Below are positions 9,737-19,031 of a stretch of 64,000 nt of DNA, in pieces. A model generated the notes under the pieces. It searched no databases. It was not told the DNA's origin and saw only the letters and a program-made list of their open reading frames with translations. The stretch's first letter is position 1, and each line of letters starts with the position of its first letter. Source of the DNA: Armatimonadota bacterium (GTDB taxonomy: Bacteria; Armatimonadota; HRBIN16). Position numbers and translations under genes: made by a program. The stretch lies in NCBI GenBank assembly GCA_963677485.1, contig OY781964.1, positions 2,176,001 to 2,240,000 on the forward strand, written 5' to 3'.

Positions 9737-10537
9737 CTACTTCCGCCCGTTGGTGACCCGTGCCAGCCAGCCCTCCGCGGCGGACGGCCATACGTCGCAG
9801 CTTTTGCCTTGTTTGCGCTGACCGTACCCGTGGCCGCCATCGGGGTAGAGGTGCATCTCCACCGGCACGCCGGCAGCCTTCAGCGCGATGTAGTAGGTCA
9901 GGCTGCTGTCAATCAGCGGTACATCGTCCTCGGCCTGTATCAACAGCGTGGGCGGGGTGTCGGCGGTCACCGGCAGGCCCGACGCCATCACTTTGAAATC
10001 ATCTGTGCTGAGGTAGGCGGGGTAGATGATCATGGCGAAATTCGGCCGGCTGGACAGCGCATCCGCCTCATCGATGGGCGCATAGAAGCGGCTACCGAAG
10101 TTGGTGCTGGTGCGCACGGAGAGGTGCGATCCCGCAGAAAAGCCGATGATGCCCAGCATCTTCGGGTCGATGTTCCACTCGGAGGCGTTCTGGCGGATCA
10201 ACCCCATCGCCCGCTGAGCGTCGCAGAGGGCCGCGTCGCGCATCTTGGGCACGCGGTATTTCAAGATGAACGCCGAAACGCCTTGATCGTTCAGCCACTC
10301 CGCGATCTCGATACCCTCATGGGTCCAGGCCAGGAACTCATACGCGCCGCCCGGGCAGATCAGCACCGCGGGGTTGGGCTTGCCCGTGTCAGGCACCAGG
10401 TAGGGTGTGATGCTGGGCACCGTCACGCCGCTCAGCAACTGCATATCGTTGCCATGCGTGCTCCATTGCTCCTCCGCGAGCGGGGTTTCGATGGGCATCT
10501 GGCCTTCAGGCCACAGGTTGATTTGGTTCATATCCAT
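9737..10537 (-). CDS. Alpha/beta hydrolase (acetyl-xylan-esterase/BD-FAE-like)
   Basis: PGGAY oxyanion loop, GFSAG nucleophile, AEDD and GGHGYG; GGAGG RBS. Confidence 0.85.
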   Translation of the reverse strand: MDMNQINLWPEGQMPIETPLAEEQWSTHGNDMQLLSGVTVPSITPYLVPDTGKPNPAVLICPGGAYEFLAWTHEGIEIAEWLNDQGVSAFILKYRVPKMRDAALCDAQRAMGLIRQNASEWNIDPKMLGIIGFSAGSHLSVRTSTNFGSRFYAPIDEADALSSRPNFAMIIYPAYLSTDDFKVMASGLPVTADTPPTLLIQAEDDVPLIDSSLTYYIALKAAGVPVEMHLYPDGGHGYGQRKQGKSCDVWPSAAEGWLARVTNGRK

Positions 10538-10595
10538 TATTGGTTACCTCCAATTTTAGTCAACATCGGTACCATAGCCCAAAACCCGCCGCACG

Positions 10596-13500
10596 TCAAC
10601 GAGCAGGGCCAACCGTCTTTGTGGCGTGGAGCTGCTGCTGGTAGTGCCTGGCGACCTCGCCATCTGTAAGCGCATACGGAAAGATGCGCAACCCAGCCAT
10701 GTAGCCGTTCACGGTCCAGGCGTCACCCTCTTGATCATAACGGCCCAGATACAGCGGCCGCGAGCAAGGTGTGATCTCACCATTGGCGGGCAGGGCACCC
10801 GCGCGTTGGCCGTTGATGTAGACCACCATCTTGGAGCCTTCATAGGTGGCGGCTATCTGTGTCCAGCGGCCGACTTCAATCCCGCCCGTGTCCAGCGTGC
10901 CCACACCGGCCAGGTAGAACCTGACACGCCCTGCCAGCAACTGCACGAAGTAGCCATCCATGCTCCACGCCCCGTGGCACACGAAAACCGGCATGTCGCC
11001 GGGGCTGCTGAGCTTCACCCAGAACTCGATGCCGATGTCCTCTCGGGCGTTAAAGGCATCGAGATGCGGAAGCTGCGCGAAACTGCCTTTATCGACCCGC
11101 ATGGCTGGAAACCCGTCCTCGGTGACTGTGTTCGGGACCTTTACCGCATCGGTGCCGTTAAAATCCAAGCTCACGATGGGTTTGGCATTGAGCGGCATCG
11201 CCGCGGTAAGGGTAGGTAGTGAAGCCGGTCCCTCTTTGCCATTCAATGAAAGGGCACGGAGCTGATAGTAGTATGCCTTGCCCGGATCGGCTTGAACCAC
11301 ACAACGGCTGCCCGATCCGGTGAAATCCACTATTTCAAACACGCCATCGGCTTTTTCTGCCCGGTAGACGTGGTACCCGCCGACCTCGTCTCCGCCGTTA
11401 GCTGTTTGCAACCGAACACGGCCCGGTAGCGGCACCGTAGTGAGCTCGGGGGCAGCGGGAATCGGCGGTTCAGGTATCGTTACGGCATCCGACTGAGCGA
11501 TGACGGCTCCCGTGAGCACATCCTGCACGCGGTAAATGTAGCTGCTGCCCACCTGCACGCCTCGGTCTTCATACCAGTTATCGACAGTGCTGCCGACCTC
11601 AGCCCACGTGGTCTCGCCGCTCATCTGGCGTGTCAGACGAAACGCCTTGAGCCCTGTGATGTCTGGCCAACTCAACGTCACCGCCATCGGACCAATTACA
11701 TAGTTGGCTTTTGCGATCTTGCCGATTTTGGGATCTGGAGCGGGCTTCACGGCTATGCCAGGACTGCCAATGCCGCGCACCACACTTAAGTGCTGCACGG
11801 ATTTCGGGGCCTCTTTGGGCCAACTCACGGTCTGGTTGCCGTCGGTCACGCGGAGGTAGTAGTCCAGCACGTCTCCTTTGACACCTGCAGCGGGGATTTC
11901 ACCCTCAATTCGTGCGGTGTTCACAAGCTTCAGAGGTGAACTGGCGTAGGTGCCATTGTTTCTCTTGTAAAATACCTCCGCCTTTGCTGCCGATGAGGCA
12001 CCATCAACGACCGCCGAAATCCGGAACGGCTGACCAGCCAGCGCAGTGCTCAGCGGTAGGATGGACCTCACCGCGAGCGGTAGTTTTGCGATCACCGGGG
12101 GTTGAGGCGTCTGAGAGGTCACCTGCTGGACCGCTTCTCGGGTGGCTCGGATGTCCGCCACAGCTTTGGTGTTGATGGTGGCCAGCACCCCGAGTTCCCC
12201 ACGGTTGGACATGCGTGAGGCGTAAGCCAGAATGCCATTGCCGAGTATAGTGTCCGCATCAGCGAGTGCGTTGGTCAGCATCTCACGCTCTTGGGCGGTG
12301 GCGGCTCGTTTCTCCGCCTTGATGCGATCCAGCGTGGTGCGAATCTCGCCGCCCATATGCAGAAGCCGCGATGTTCCGTCAAACGCGATGGACCAGTCAT
12401 AGGTGGCTTTCAGATAATCCAGAGCCTCGCTTGAGCGGAGTTTACCTGTGTTGAATACCTCTTTCAGTCGTTCGACATTCTGAAGAGGTGCCGGCACCCA
12501 CGTGAAATTGGCGCACTCGTTCTGTCCACCAGCACCCAGCCAGCGATAACCCAGCTCCTGCAGTGACATCAGCAGCTTGGCCGCGCGCTCATCGCCGAAG
12601 CGCCGCTGCGCGTAACCACGGTAGAAGCCCTCATAGCTCAAGTTGGCGTCCCAGGCATATTGCGAAATATAGGCTTGCGATTCCTCCATGTCGCGGGTCC
12701 GCCAGTGGATCCCCAGCAGCCCCTTGGTGCCTTTTTTTACGGAATCTCTGGCATTGTTGAAGAAATGCTTGGTGTTGGGTTGAGGCATCCACTGGTCACC
12801 GTCGTATTCGAACCAGGGAATGGGCCAGAACTCGCGATCTTTCGACAGTTTACCGTAGGCCTCGCTCACCGTGTCGGAGGTGATGATGTTGTCCAGTGCT
12901 GAGAACACGATATCCTTGGGAAGTATCTTGTCTAGTCCCGGGTAGAAGTCGCTGAAGTGCAGGTGATTGTCCCCACCCCATCCGCTGAGCACCATGCGCA
13001 CTTTGGGTGCCTCACTCTGCAGTATCCGATGCGCCGCCAGTGCGTATATGCCCATCCTGACCGCTTCGGTCTTGCGCTTTGAGTCGGTGATATCGGCGAA
13101 GTGATCCTGCCACCGGCGGTAGTAAGCCCCAAAGTCGCTGCGTGAGGGATGCTGCAGTGAGCCGGTCAGACCCATCGCTTCGGGCTCCCATATCCATACG
13201 TAGTCCAGCATGGGATAGGTGCGGATCAGTTCTTTGAGCCGAAGCTCCAGATTGTCTATCTCTCCCGGCGCGGTCGGGTCTCCGGAGACCTCGAACCCAA
13301 CGCAGGTTCTCACGCCCCTGGCCTTCGCATACCACAGCGCATCGACCAGCAGCTTCTTGGCATCAGCGATGCCTTGCTCAGGTGTTTTAGTGTCTATCGA
13401 GCAATCCGCACCGAAGTAGCCTTTGGCGAAATAGCCACTGGTGCCGTAGCCGAATTCGCTGGTTTTCATCGGCGATGTACCCCAGGTGGGCTGCGCGGTC

Positions 13501-14162
13501 GATATCAGCGGTGCTCCGGCTACGGTGTGCCCGTCCTTCGAGGTGTAGGTGCAGAAGGGCTCCGAATCGTAGCTATGGAATCCGAGGAAGTTGTTCTTAG
13601 ACTTCGCAAGCTGGTCGATGAAAAACCGATAGTCCTTCGCGTTCCAAGCCGTGGGGCTATCGAAAAAGTTATACCACGGCAGCACCCCGCGGACTTCCAG
13701 TATCGGCTTGTTCGCCACATCCATAGTCGGCAGTGCAAATGGCCTCTTCGTCACAGGCAGCGCATCGCCGCCCAGGTAAAATCCTGCGCCAAAACGCTCC
13801 GCCAGAGAGTAGAGCGCGTATGTGGTGGCGACTGGGGTCGCCCCCGTTGCGATGAGCATGGTCTTGCGGCCTTCATTGAAGCTCTTCAGCACGTACCCTT
13901 GATCTCCGAGGGTGCGGACCGACAGGTCTACCTTCACTCCAGGCGCAAAGCCCACGGCGATCACATTAGTGTCGCTGCTGCTGATCGCTCTGATGGGTAG
14001 AAGGCTGCCTGTGGCGGCATAGATCACCCGCTGCAAATCCGCGGCCGCGGCACGCTCCATCCACACCGCTCTTGGCCTCAGAGCGATGCAGTCCGCCGAA
14101 ACAGTTGCCGTAAACACGAATAGAACCCACACAGCAAGAAATAGTCGAAGACGCATCGTCAC
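10596..14162 (-). CDS. Large secreted putative glycoside hydrolase: GH20/GH67-type N-domain, TIM barrel, FN3-like repeats, C-terminal LamG
   Basis: Signal peptide; QGYVL...ATTYALYSL N-domain; RGVLPW...FIDQLAKSKNN; GYHVYRA/YYYQLRA FN3-like strands; IEFWVK...WTQIAATY...YINGQ LamG pattern. Confidence 0.7.
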   Translation of the reverse strand: MTMRLRLFLAVWVLFVFTATVSADCIALRPRAVWMERAAAADLQRVIYAATGSLLPIRAISSSDTNVIAVGFAPGVKVDLSVRTLGDQGYVLKSFNEGRKTMLIATGATPVATTYALYSLAERFGAGFYLGGDALPVTKRPFALPTMDVANKPILEVRGVLPWYNFFDSPTAWNAKDYRFFIDQLAKSKNNFLGFHSYDSEPFCTYTSKDGHTVAGAPLISTAQPTWGTSPMKTSEFGYGTSGYFAKGYFGADCSIDTKTPEQGIADAKKLLVDALWYAKARGVRTCVGFEVSGDPTAPGEIDNLELRLKELIRTYPMLDYVWIWEPEAMGLTGSLQHPSRSDFGAYYRRWQDHFADITDSKRKTEAVRMGIYALAAHRILQSEAPKVRMVLSGWGGDNHLHFSDFYPGLDKILPKDIVFSALDNIITSDTVSEAYGKLSKDREFWPIPWFEYDGDQWMPQPNTKHFFNNARDSVKKGTKGLLGIHWRTRDMEESQAYISQYAWDANLSYEGFYRGYAQRRFGDERAAKLLMSLQELGYRWLGAGGQNECANFTWVPAPLQNVERLKEVFNTGKLRSSEALDYLKATYDWSIAFDGTSRLLHMGGEIRTTLDRIKAEKRAATAQEREMLTNALADADTILGNGILAYASRMSNRGELGVLATINTKAVADIRATREAVQQVTSQTPQPPVIAKLPLAVRSILPLSTALAGQPFRISAVVDGASSAAKAEVFYKRNNGTYASSPLKLVNTARIEGEIPAAGVKGDVLDYYLRVTDGNQTVSWPKEAPKSVQHLSVVRGIGSPGIAVKPAPDPKIGKIAKANYVIGPMAVTLSWPDITGLKAFRLTRQMSGETTWAEVGSTVDNWYEDRGVQVGSSYIYRVQDVLTGAVIAQSDAVTIPEPPIPAAPELTTVPLPGRVRLQTANGGDEVGGYHVYRAEKADGVFEIVDFTGSGSRCVVQADPGKAYYYQLRALSLNGKEGPASLPTLTAAMPLNAKPIVSLDFNGTDAVKVPNTVTEDGFPAMRVDKGSFAQLPHLDAFNAREDIGIEFWVKLSSPGDMPVFVCHGAWSMDGYFVQLLAGRVRFYLAGVGTLDTGGIEVGRWTQIAATYEGSKMVVYINGQRAGALPANGEITPCSRPLYLGRYDQEGDAWTVNGYMAGLRIFPYALTDGEVARHYQQQLHATKTVGPAR

Positions 14163-14227
14163 ACCTCACCGGACCGGCAATGAATAGGTTAATTCTACCA
14201 CGTACCAATGAGCCATCACATTACACA

Positions 14228-14256
14228 TTGACAAAGCACCAAAACATGCATAACAT
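14228..14256 (+). promoter_or_regulatory. Sigma70-like promoter for the GH20-like gene
   Basis: TTGACA-N17-TAACAT in an AT-rich divergent intergenic region. Confidence 0.55.
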
Positions 14257-14321
14257 TCAGATAAGGCGGAGCTCAATCCGAATAAATACACAGGTATGAC
14301 ACAACACGAGGTGCGCGAACG

Positions 14322-16520
14322 GTGAGGAGATCGAACATGCTATATATGGTATTACTGGTAATAATGCTGGCCGCAGGCTCAACGGCATTCGCAACCCCAA
14401 ACGTGCGTCGGCTGGAGGTGATCCCGGAGCCCCGCGAGGTGGTTTACCAGGGCGAGCCTTTCGCGTATCAAAAGGCGATGGAAATCCGTGTATCCGACAC
14501 GAAGCCCGACCTTTTTGCCGCCGATCTGCTGATCAAGGAGCTGCGTGATCTCGGTGTCACGCCCTCCCTGAACCTGCTACCCGCCGGCAGCACACATACC
14601 TTAACTGTGACGGCATCCGAGCTTCTACCCGCTATCCCGCCCTCCGTATCGCCGGAGCAAGCCGCGGAAGGATACAACCTGCTGGTGGAGGGGCGTGGGA
14701 TTAACCTGACCGCCCGCAGCGAGGCGGGGCTGTTCTACGGCGTGCAGACCATCATCCAACTGCTGCAGCAGGCGGGCCGAGAGCGTGGTGACATCCCCGG
14801 TATGGTGATTCGCGACTGGCCGGAGTTCGAGTTCCGCAGTGCCTCATATATCGAAGGCTCGCAGGCCAAGAGCTCGGTGCTTGTCAGCAAGGCGGAGCTG
14901 GAGCTGACCATCCAGCGGCTGGCCATGTACAAAATGAACTACCTGGTGGTGGAGATATACAACCTGGCACCGCTGACCTCATTCCCAGGATGCGCCAACG
15001 CCAACACGCTTTCGCGCGCCGACTGGAAGGCGCTGGTGGAGGTCGGCCGACGCTACCACGTGATCATCGTGCCCAGCATGATGTCGTTTGGCCAGATGTC
15101 GGATATCATCTGGAACTGCGATGAGGGCATTCCATACCGGGAATCCACATGTCCAGGGCTGCTTTGCCCCAGCCGGCCAGAAAACATCGAGTTCCTGAAG
15201 GGGCTGTATAAGGACCTGCTGGAAATCTTCCCCAACACACCCTATCTGGGCATCGGCTGCAGCGAGGTGTGGATGCAGTGGAACAAGAATTACTGCCCGA
15301 AATGCCAGGCGCGCATCGACGCGGGCGAGACCGAGTGGGACCTCTACACGAAGCATGTTCAAAAATGCGCCGAGGGCGTCTCCGCGGTGGCGAAGCAGAT
15401 GAACCGCGACGTCCGCCCGTTGATGTGGGCCGATGAGTTCTATATGTATAACTCGCGGCCGCGCTACGAGGGTCTGGAGATAATGCCGAAGCAGATGGTG
15501 ATGGGGCACTGGCAGTATTTCGACAAATACTGGGTGCTGGATAACCGCCATTATGACGGCATCGAGGGACTGGCTTCGCGTGGATTCGATGTGATGTGGG
15601 TCTCCGCCTGCTGGCCATCGAACACATTCCTGGTGGACCTGTCACCAGAAGAGCCTACTGCCGACGAGGGGAAATTCCCGTTGATCGTGGATTCGGGCGT
15701 GTTGAACATCGTGGACCAGGCCCGTTATGCCTACGAATACAGGACCAAGGGTCTGCCCGGCAAGGTGCTTGGAGGGGTATGTGCCACCTTCTCGCAGCAC
15801 GACATCCGCTGCTGGGACACCACCTGGCTGGGGTATGCGCTGCAGGGAGACTACACCTGGGGTGACCCCACGCGGCCTTGGGCTAAACGCAAGAACGACT
15901 TTGTGCATGACTACGCGGCCACTTTCTACGGCCCACGGGATGCGAAATCGGCTGATCTGATCGCACAGGCGTTCCTGGAGATTGACGCCGCGAAGTCCGA
16001 TATTGAGCGCAACCACTACCTCATCCGCGACATCATCGGTGAGTACGATGCGGCAGACGCCAGCTATACGGGCAACTCGCTGGAGCAGTCGGGTAAGCTG
16101 ATCCGCGAGCTGATGGCGGCACCGGCTGCGAAGGGCAAGAGTGTGGCGGACATCCGCGCCCGCGCAGAAAAGGCGCGCCTCATCGCCATCAAGTGGCGCG
16201 GGACGCTCGCCGCCTTGGACGACAGTGTGAGCAACACCAGCAGTCTGGGGTATCTTCAGATGGCTGCGCACAAGATGCTCAACCACACTGAGCGCACTAT
16301 ATTGCTGCTGGATATCGAGGCGGCACTGGCCGCTCACGGCGGGAAGCCCAGCCTCGCCTCGCTGCAAAGTCGGCTGGCAGCTCTTACCGATGACACCCGA
16401 ATGATACTGGATGAGATGCGCAAACTGACCTGGTTCACGGATGACTACGCCACCGGGTATTACCTGGTCATGGACCAATTGGATGGGCTTCAGAAGCGGC
16501 TGGCTGAAGCGTCGAAGTAA
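14322..16520 (+). CDS. GH20-like (beta-N-acetylhexosaminidase fold) secreted protein with a variant catalytic motif
   Basis: VIPEP, EGYNL, GLFYGVQTIIQL, IRDWP, YKMN, LCP and LMWAD motifs; the catalytic region reads YLGIGCSE. Confidence 0.8.
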   Translation: MRRSNMLYMVLLVIMLAAGSTAFATPNVRRLEVIPEPREVVYQGEPFAYQKAMEIRVSDTKPDLFAADLLIKELRDLGVTPSLNLLPAGSTHTLTVTASELLPAIPPSVSPEQAAEGYNLLVEGRGINLTARSEAGLFYGVQTIIQLLQQAGRERGDIPGMVIRDWPEFEFRSASYIEGSQAKSSVLVSKAELELTIQRLAMYKMNYLVVEIYNLAPLTSFPGCANANTLSRADWKALVEVGRRYHVIIVPSMMSFGQMSDIIWNCDEGIPYRESTCPGLLCPSRPENIEFLKGLYKDLLEIFPNTPYLGIGCSEVWMQWNKNYCPKCQARIDAGETEWDLYTKHVQKCAEGVSAVAKQMNRDVRPLMWADEFYMYNSRPRYEGLEIMPKQMVMGHWQYFDKYWVLDNRHYDGIEGLASRGFDVMWVSACWPSNTFLVDLSPEEPTADEGKFPLIVDSGVLNIVDQARYAYEYRTKGLPGKVLGGVCATFSQHDIRCWDTTWLGYALQGDYTWGDPTRPWAKRKNDFVHDYAATFYGPRDAKSADLIAQAFLEIDAAKSDIERNHYLIRDIIGEYDAADASYTGNSLEQSGKLIRELMAAPAAKGKSVADIRARAEKARLIAIKWRGTLAALDDSVSNTSSLGYLQMAAHKMLNHTERTILLLDIEAALAAHGGKPSLASLQSRLAALTDDTRMILDEMRKLTWFTDDYATGYYLVMDQLDGLQKRLAEASK

Positions 16521-16528
16521 CCTTGGTT

Positions 16529-16555
16529 GCCCCATCGCTGCGACTGTGGTGGGGC
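16529..16555. terminator. Hairpin between convergent genes
   Basis: GCCCCATCGC...GTGGTGGGGC stem (G-U pairs on the + strand) in the 44-nt gap between the stops. Confidence 0.45.
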
Positions 16556-16564
16556 TTCCGTGCA

Positions 16565-18265
16565 TCACTCGGGATGAGTGACCGCCTCCAGCGATTTGCG
16601 GCGGAGCGCAAACAATCCCTCGCCCACCGTGGTCTGCTCCATTTTACGCAGTGCTGATATCGCCACTACGCGGTTGTCCATGAGCTCTACAGTCAGCTTG
16701 TCTGCCCATCGTAGCATGTAGAGGTCCATTATGCGACTTACCATCCAGACGATGCACAACGCAGTTATAAACACAACTGCCGATTGCGTCATCGGCGTCC
16801 AAATAGCGGACAATAGAATCATAAACATGATGTACGCAAAAAACCAGTTCCCTTTTTGCTTGCGGATTACCTTCTCTTGGATCAAGTGCTGGCAAATGAA
16901 GTATAGCAGCTCGTCATCGTTGAGCGTGCCGATCACCTTGTATGGTACCGCCATTTGACAGGTGGCAGTGTCACTCAGCGGCTCTTGACTACTGTGGGGC
17001 ACTGACACCAATAGCATACTCGGGCATTCGATTTTATGCGGAGCTAACAATGAAGTGGCCTTGGTTTGAAGGCGGCGCAACCTTTCGTCTTCCTCCGCCG
17101 TTTTTGGCCTCAAGTTGATCGAGTGTAGTTTAGCGTCACATTTCGCATTAAATTGGTAGGGTATTACTGCAATTAACCCTATACATACCAACAGCCACGT
17201 ATTATTGCTGGGCACCATGGAAGACGCAATCACGAAAAACACCAGAGAGGCTGCATATATCGTATTCCTAATGTTAGCTAGTTTGTAGTATCGGGTACTG
17301 CTGTGCGTGGCACGTAGTAACACACTTTTGGTTATGGCCCATCCCGCATAGGGTATAACAAGATTGACCGTTATCGCAACGACACGAATCCACTTCACAT
17401 CATCCGGCGAATACCACATAGAAAGCACCCGCTCCAACCCTGTGGCACACAGCGCGGTCAACGGCAGAATCAAGGCGTAAGTCCTCAACATCCACAAATA
17501 TACTGAGTGCATTATCTGCTGTCGCCGACCTTCATCCGGTGATGTGTCTGAACGGTGAATGACTGGCGATAGATATAACAGGCACAGCAGAGTCATGCCG
17601 AAGCACCCTAACGGCCAAAGATCACGAGGCTGTAGATTTGCTGACACCGTGATCGTGCTTAGTTCCGGGTGTCGGGCAAGGTCGTAATAGCTGCTGGTGA
17701 AGGTTTGTTGATCGGGCTTCACACTGGGTTTTATCCGCACCCAGCGCGGAACTTCCAGAATACCGGGCTCACCAATGCCGCAAATTGCGAGGAAGACGGT
17801 GTCGGTATATTTCATTAACCCAAACCGAGATTTGTCTCTCACCGTCATCGCGACAGAATAGCCAGCCTCCTTAACATAGAATTGTTTCTCGAAAGACAAG
17901 GATTTAAATGGGCTAGTACCACCGGGAACGTCAACCGACTCAGGCCCGATTCGCCATATCTTGACTGTGGCGGGTGTGACACGGATATATCTGAAATACC
18001 GTTCGTTGGTGACTATTGGAGACGGCACGGCATTGGCTAACACACCCTGGCGTTTGATCGTGCGCAGGATGCTGCCATCCATATATGGGGTATCTGGCCA
18101 GTCGATATCCCGGGCATCCACGATTGGATGCTTGGGTAAATTGGTTGGCAGACCAGCCGGGAAAGGCGGTGGGGGATGAGCCATGCCTGCGCAATGTGCC
18201 CCCGTGCCAAAACTCGCTAATGCCAAGACAGCAAACAACAAATGAACGATCGGCTTTTTGTACAT
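16565..18265 (-). CDS. Membrane protein with an extracytoplasmic N-domain and a degenerate peptidase M48-like C-domain
   Basis: Signal peptide and about 7 hydrophobic helices. LNDDELLYFICQHLIQ, WAD and AISALRKM align to the M48 scaffold but lack HExxH. Confidence 0.6.
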   Translation of the reverse strand: MYKKPIVHLLFAVLALASFGTGAHCAGMAHPPPPFPAGLPTNLPKHPIVDARDIDWPDTPYMDGSILRTIKRQGVLANAVPSPIVTNERYFRYIRVTPATVKIWRIGPESVDVPGGTSPFKSLSFEKQFYVKEAGYSVAMTVRDKSRFGLMKYTDTVFLAICGIGEPGILEVPRWVRIKPSVKPDQQTFTSSYYDLARHPELSTITVSANLQPRDLWPLGCFGMTLLCLLYLSPVIHRSDTSPDEGRRQQIMHSVYLWMLRTYALILPLTALCATGLERVLSMWYSPDDVKWIRVVAITVNLVIPYAGWAITKSVLLRATHSSTRYYKLANIRNTIYAASLVFFVIASSMVPSNNTWLLVCIGLIAVIPYQFNAKCDAKLHSINLRPKTAEEDERLRRLQTKATSLLAPHKIECPSMLLVSVPHSSQEPLSDTATCQMAVPYKVIGTLNDDELLYFICQHLIQEKVIRKQKGNWFFAYIMFMILLSAIWTPMTQSAVVFITALCIVWMVSRIMDLYMLRWADKLTVELMDNRVVAISALRKMEQTTVGEGLFALRRKSLEAVTHPE

Positions 18266-18412
18266 GTCATATTACCTTTCCTGAGCAACCATCAGGTTTA
18301 CCATCATCGATTCTTAATACACCAGCTATGTATCGGTTTCCTGCATGGCCACGAAATCCATGTACGGGACAGCGATGAGCAGCTGTGTGGATCGTAGTCG
18401 GTTTGCCCACGC

Positions 18413-18693
18413 TGCCGCGGGTTTAGTCACCCCACGGGACTACGTTCCGGGAGCTGACGCTCCGGGAATTACGTCCAGTGCGGGTTCCTGCACCGCACGG
18501 CTGATCAAAAACGGCCGGCGCCGTGGAGACGCGGCCTTCCCAACGCCCGCCGGAACGCGGGCCGGTACTGATCAGCGACGGGTGACAGTGCCCGTACCGG
18601 GACGAAGTCACGGACGGGCCACCGAACCCGTCGCCAAGGGCCTACTGTGTCGATCGCAGGTGATCAGCCACGTTGCCGCGGGTTTAGTCACCC
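18413..18693. repeat. Family C repeat cluster forming a long imperfect inverted repeat
   Basis: TGCCGCGGGTTTAGTCACCCCACGGGACT is identical at 18413 and 56739; diverged inverted arm at 18569-18634; partial copies at 18674, 18907 and 31579. Confidence 0.8.
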
Positions 18694-18721
18694 AGTCGTT
18701 TACCCACAAATCATACCTTTC

Positions 18722-18861
18722 CCCCGCGCCCTGAAGGACGCGGCTTATTATCCGAAAAGCCGGCTAAAGCCGTCTGAGGCACTGCCTGCTGTAGGTGTTA
18801 ACGACACCGCAGGCTGCTTCAGCAGCCTTGTTGATCAATAGCCGAGACATTTATGTCGCGG
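18722..18861. repeat. Family B REP-like composite of small palindromes
   Basis: First 55 nt match 62633-62687 at 53/55; hairpins CCGCGCCCtgaaGGACGCGG, AGGCTGCttcaGCAGCCT and GACATttATGTC. Confidence 0.8.
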
Positions 18862-19031
18862 AATCGGTGACCATACGGCTCCGTATACATCCGTGGGTAG
18901 CAGGCTGGGTTCAGTCACCCCACGACTGATGAGTGGCTGCACGCAAGCGTCACGAACAACTCCGTTCTGACGGGCCTCCATGATATATAATGTAGCTATG
19001 ATTTTAACCTTCAGTAGCGATGAGGTAAAAC

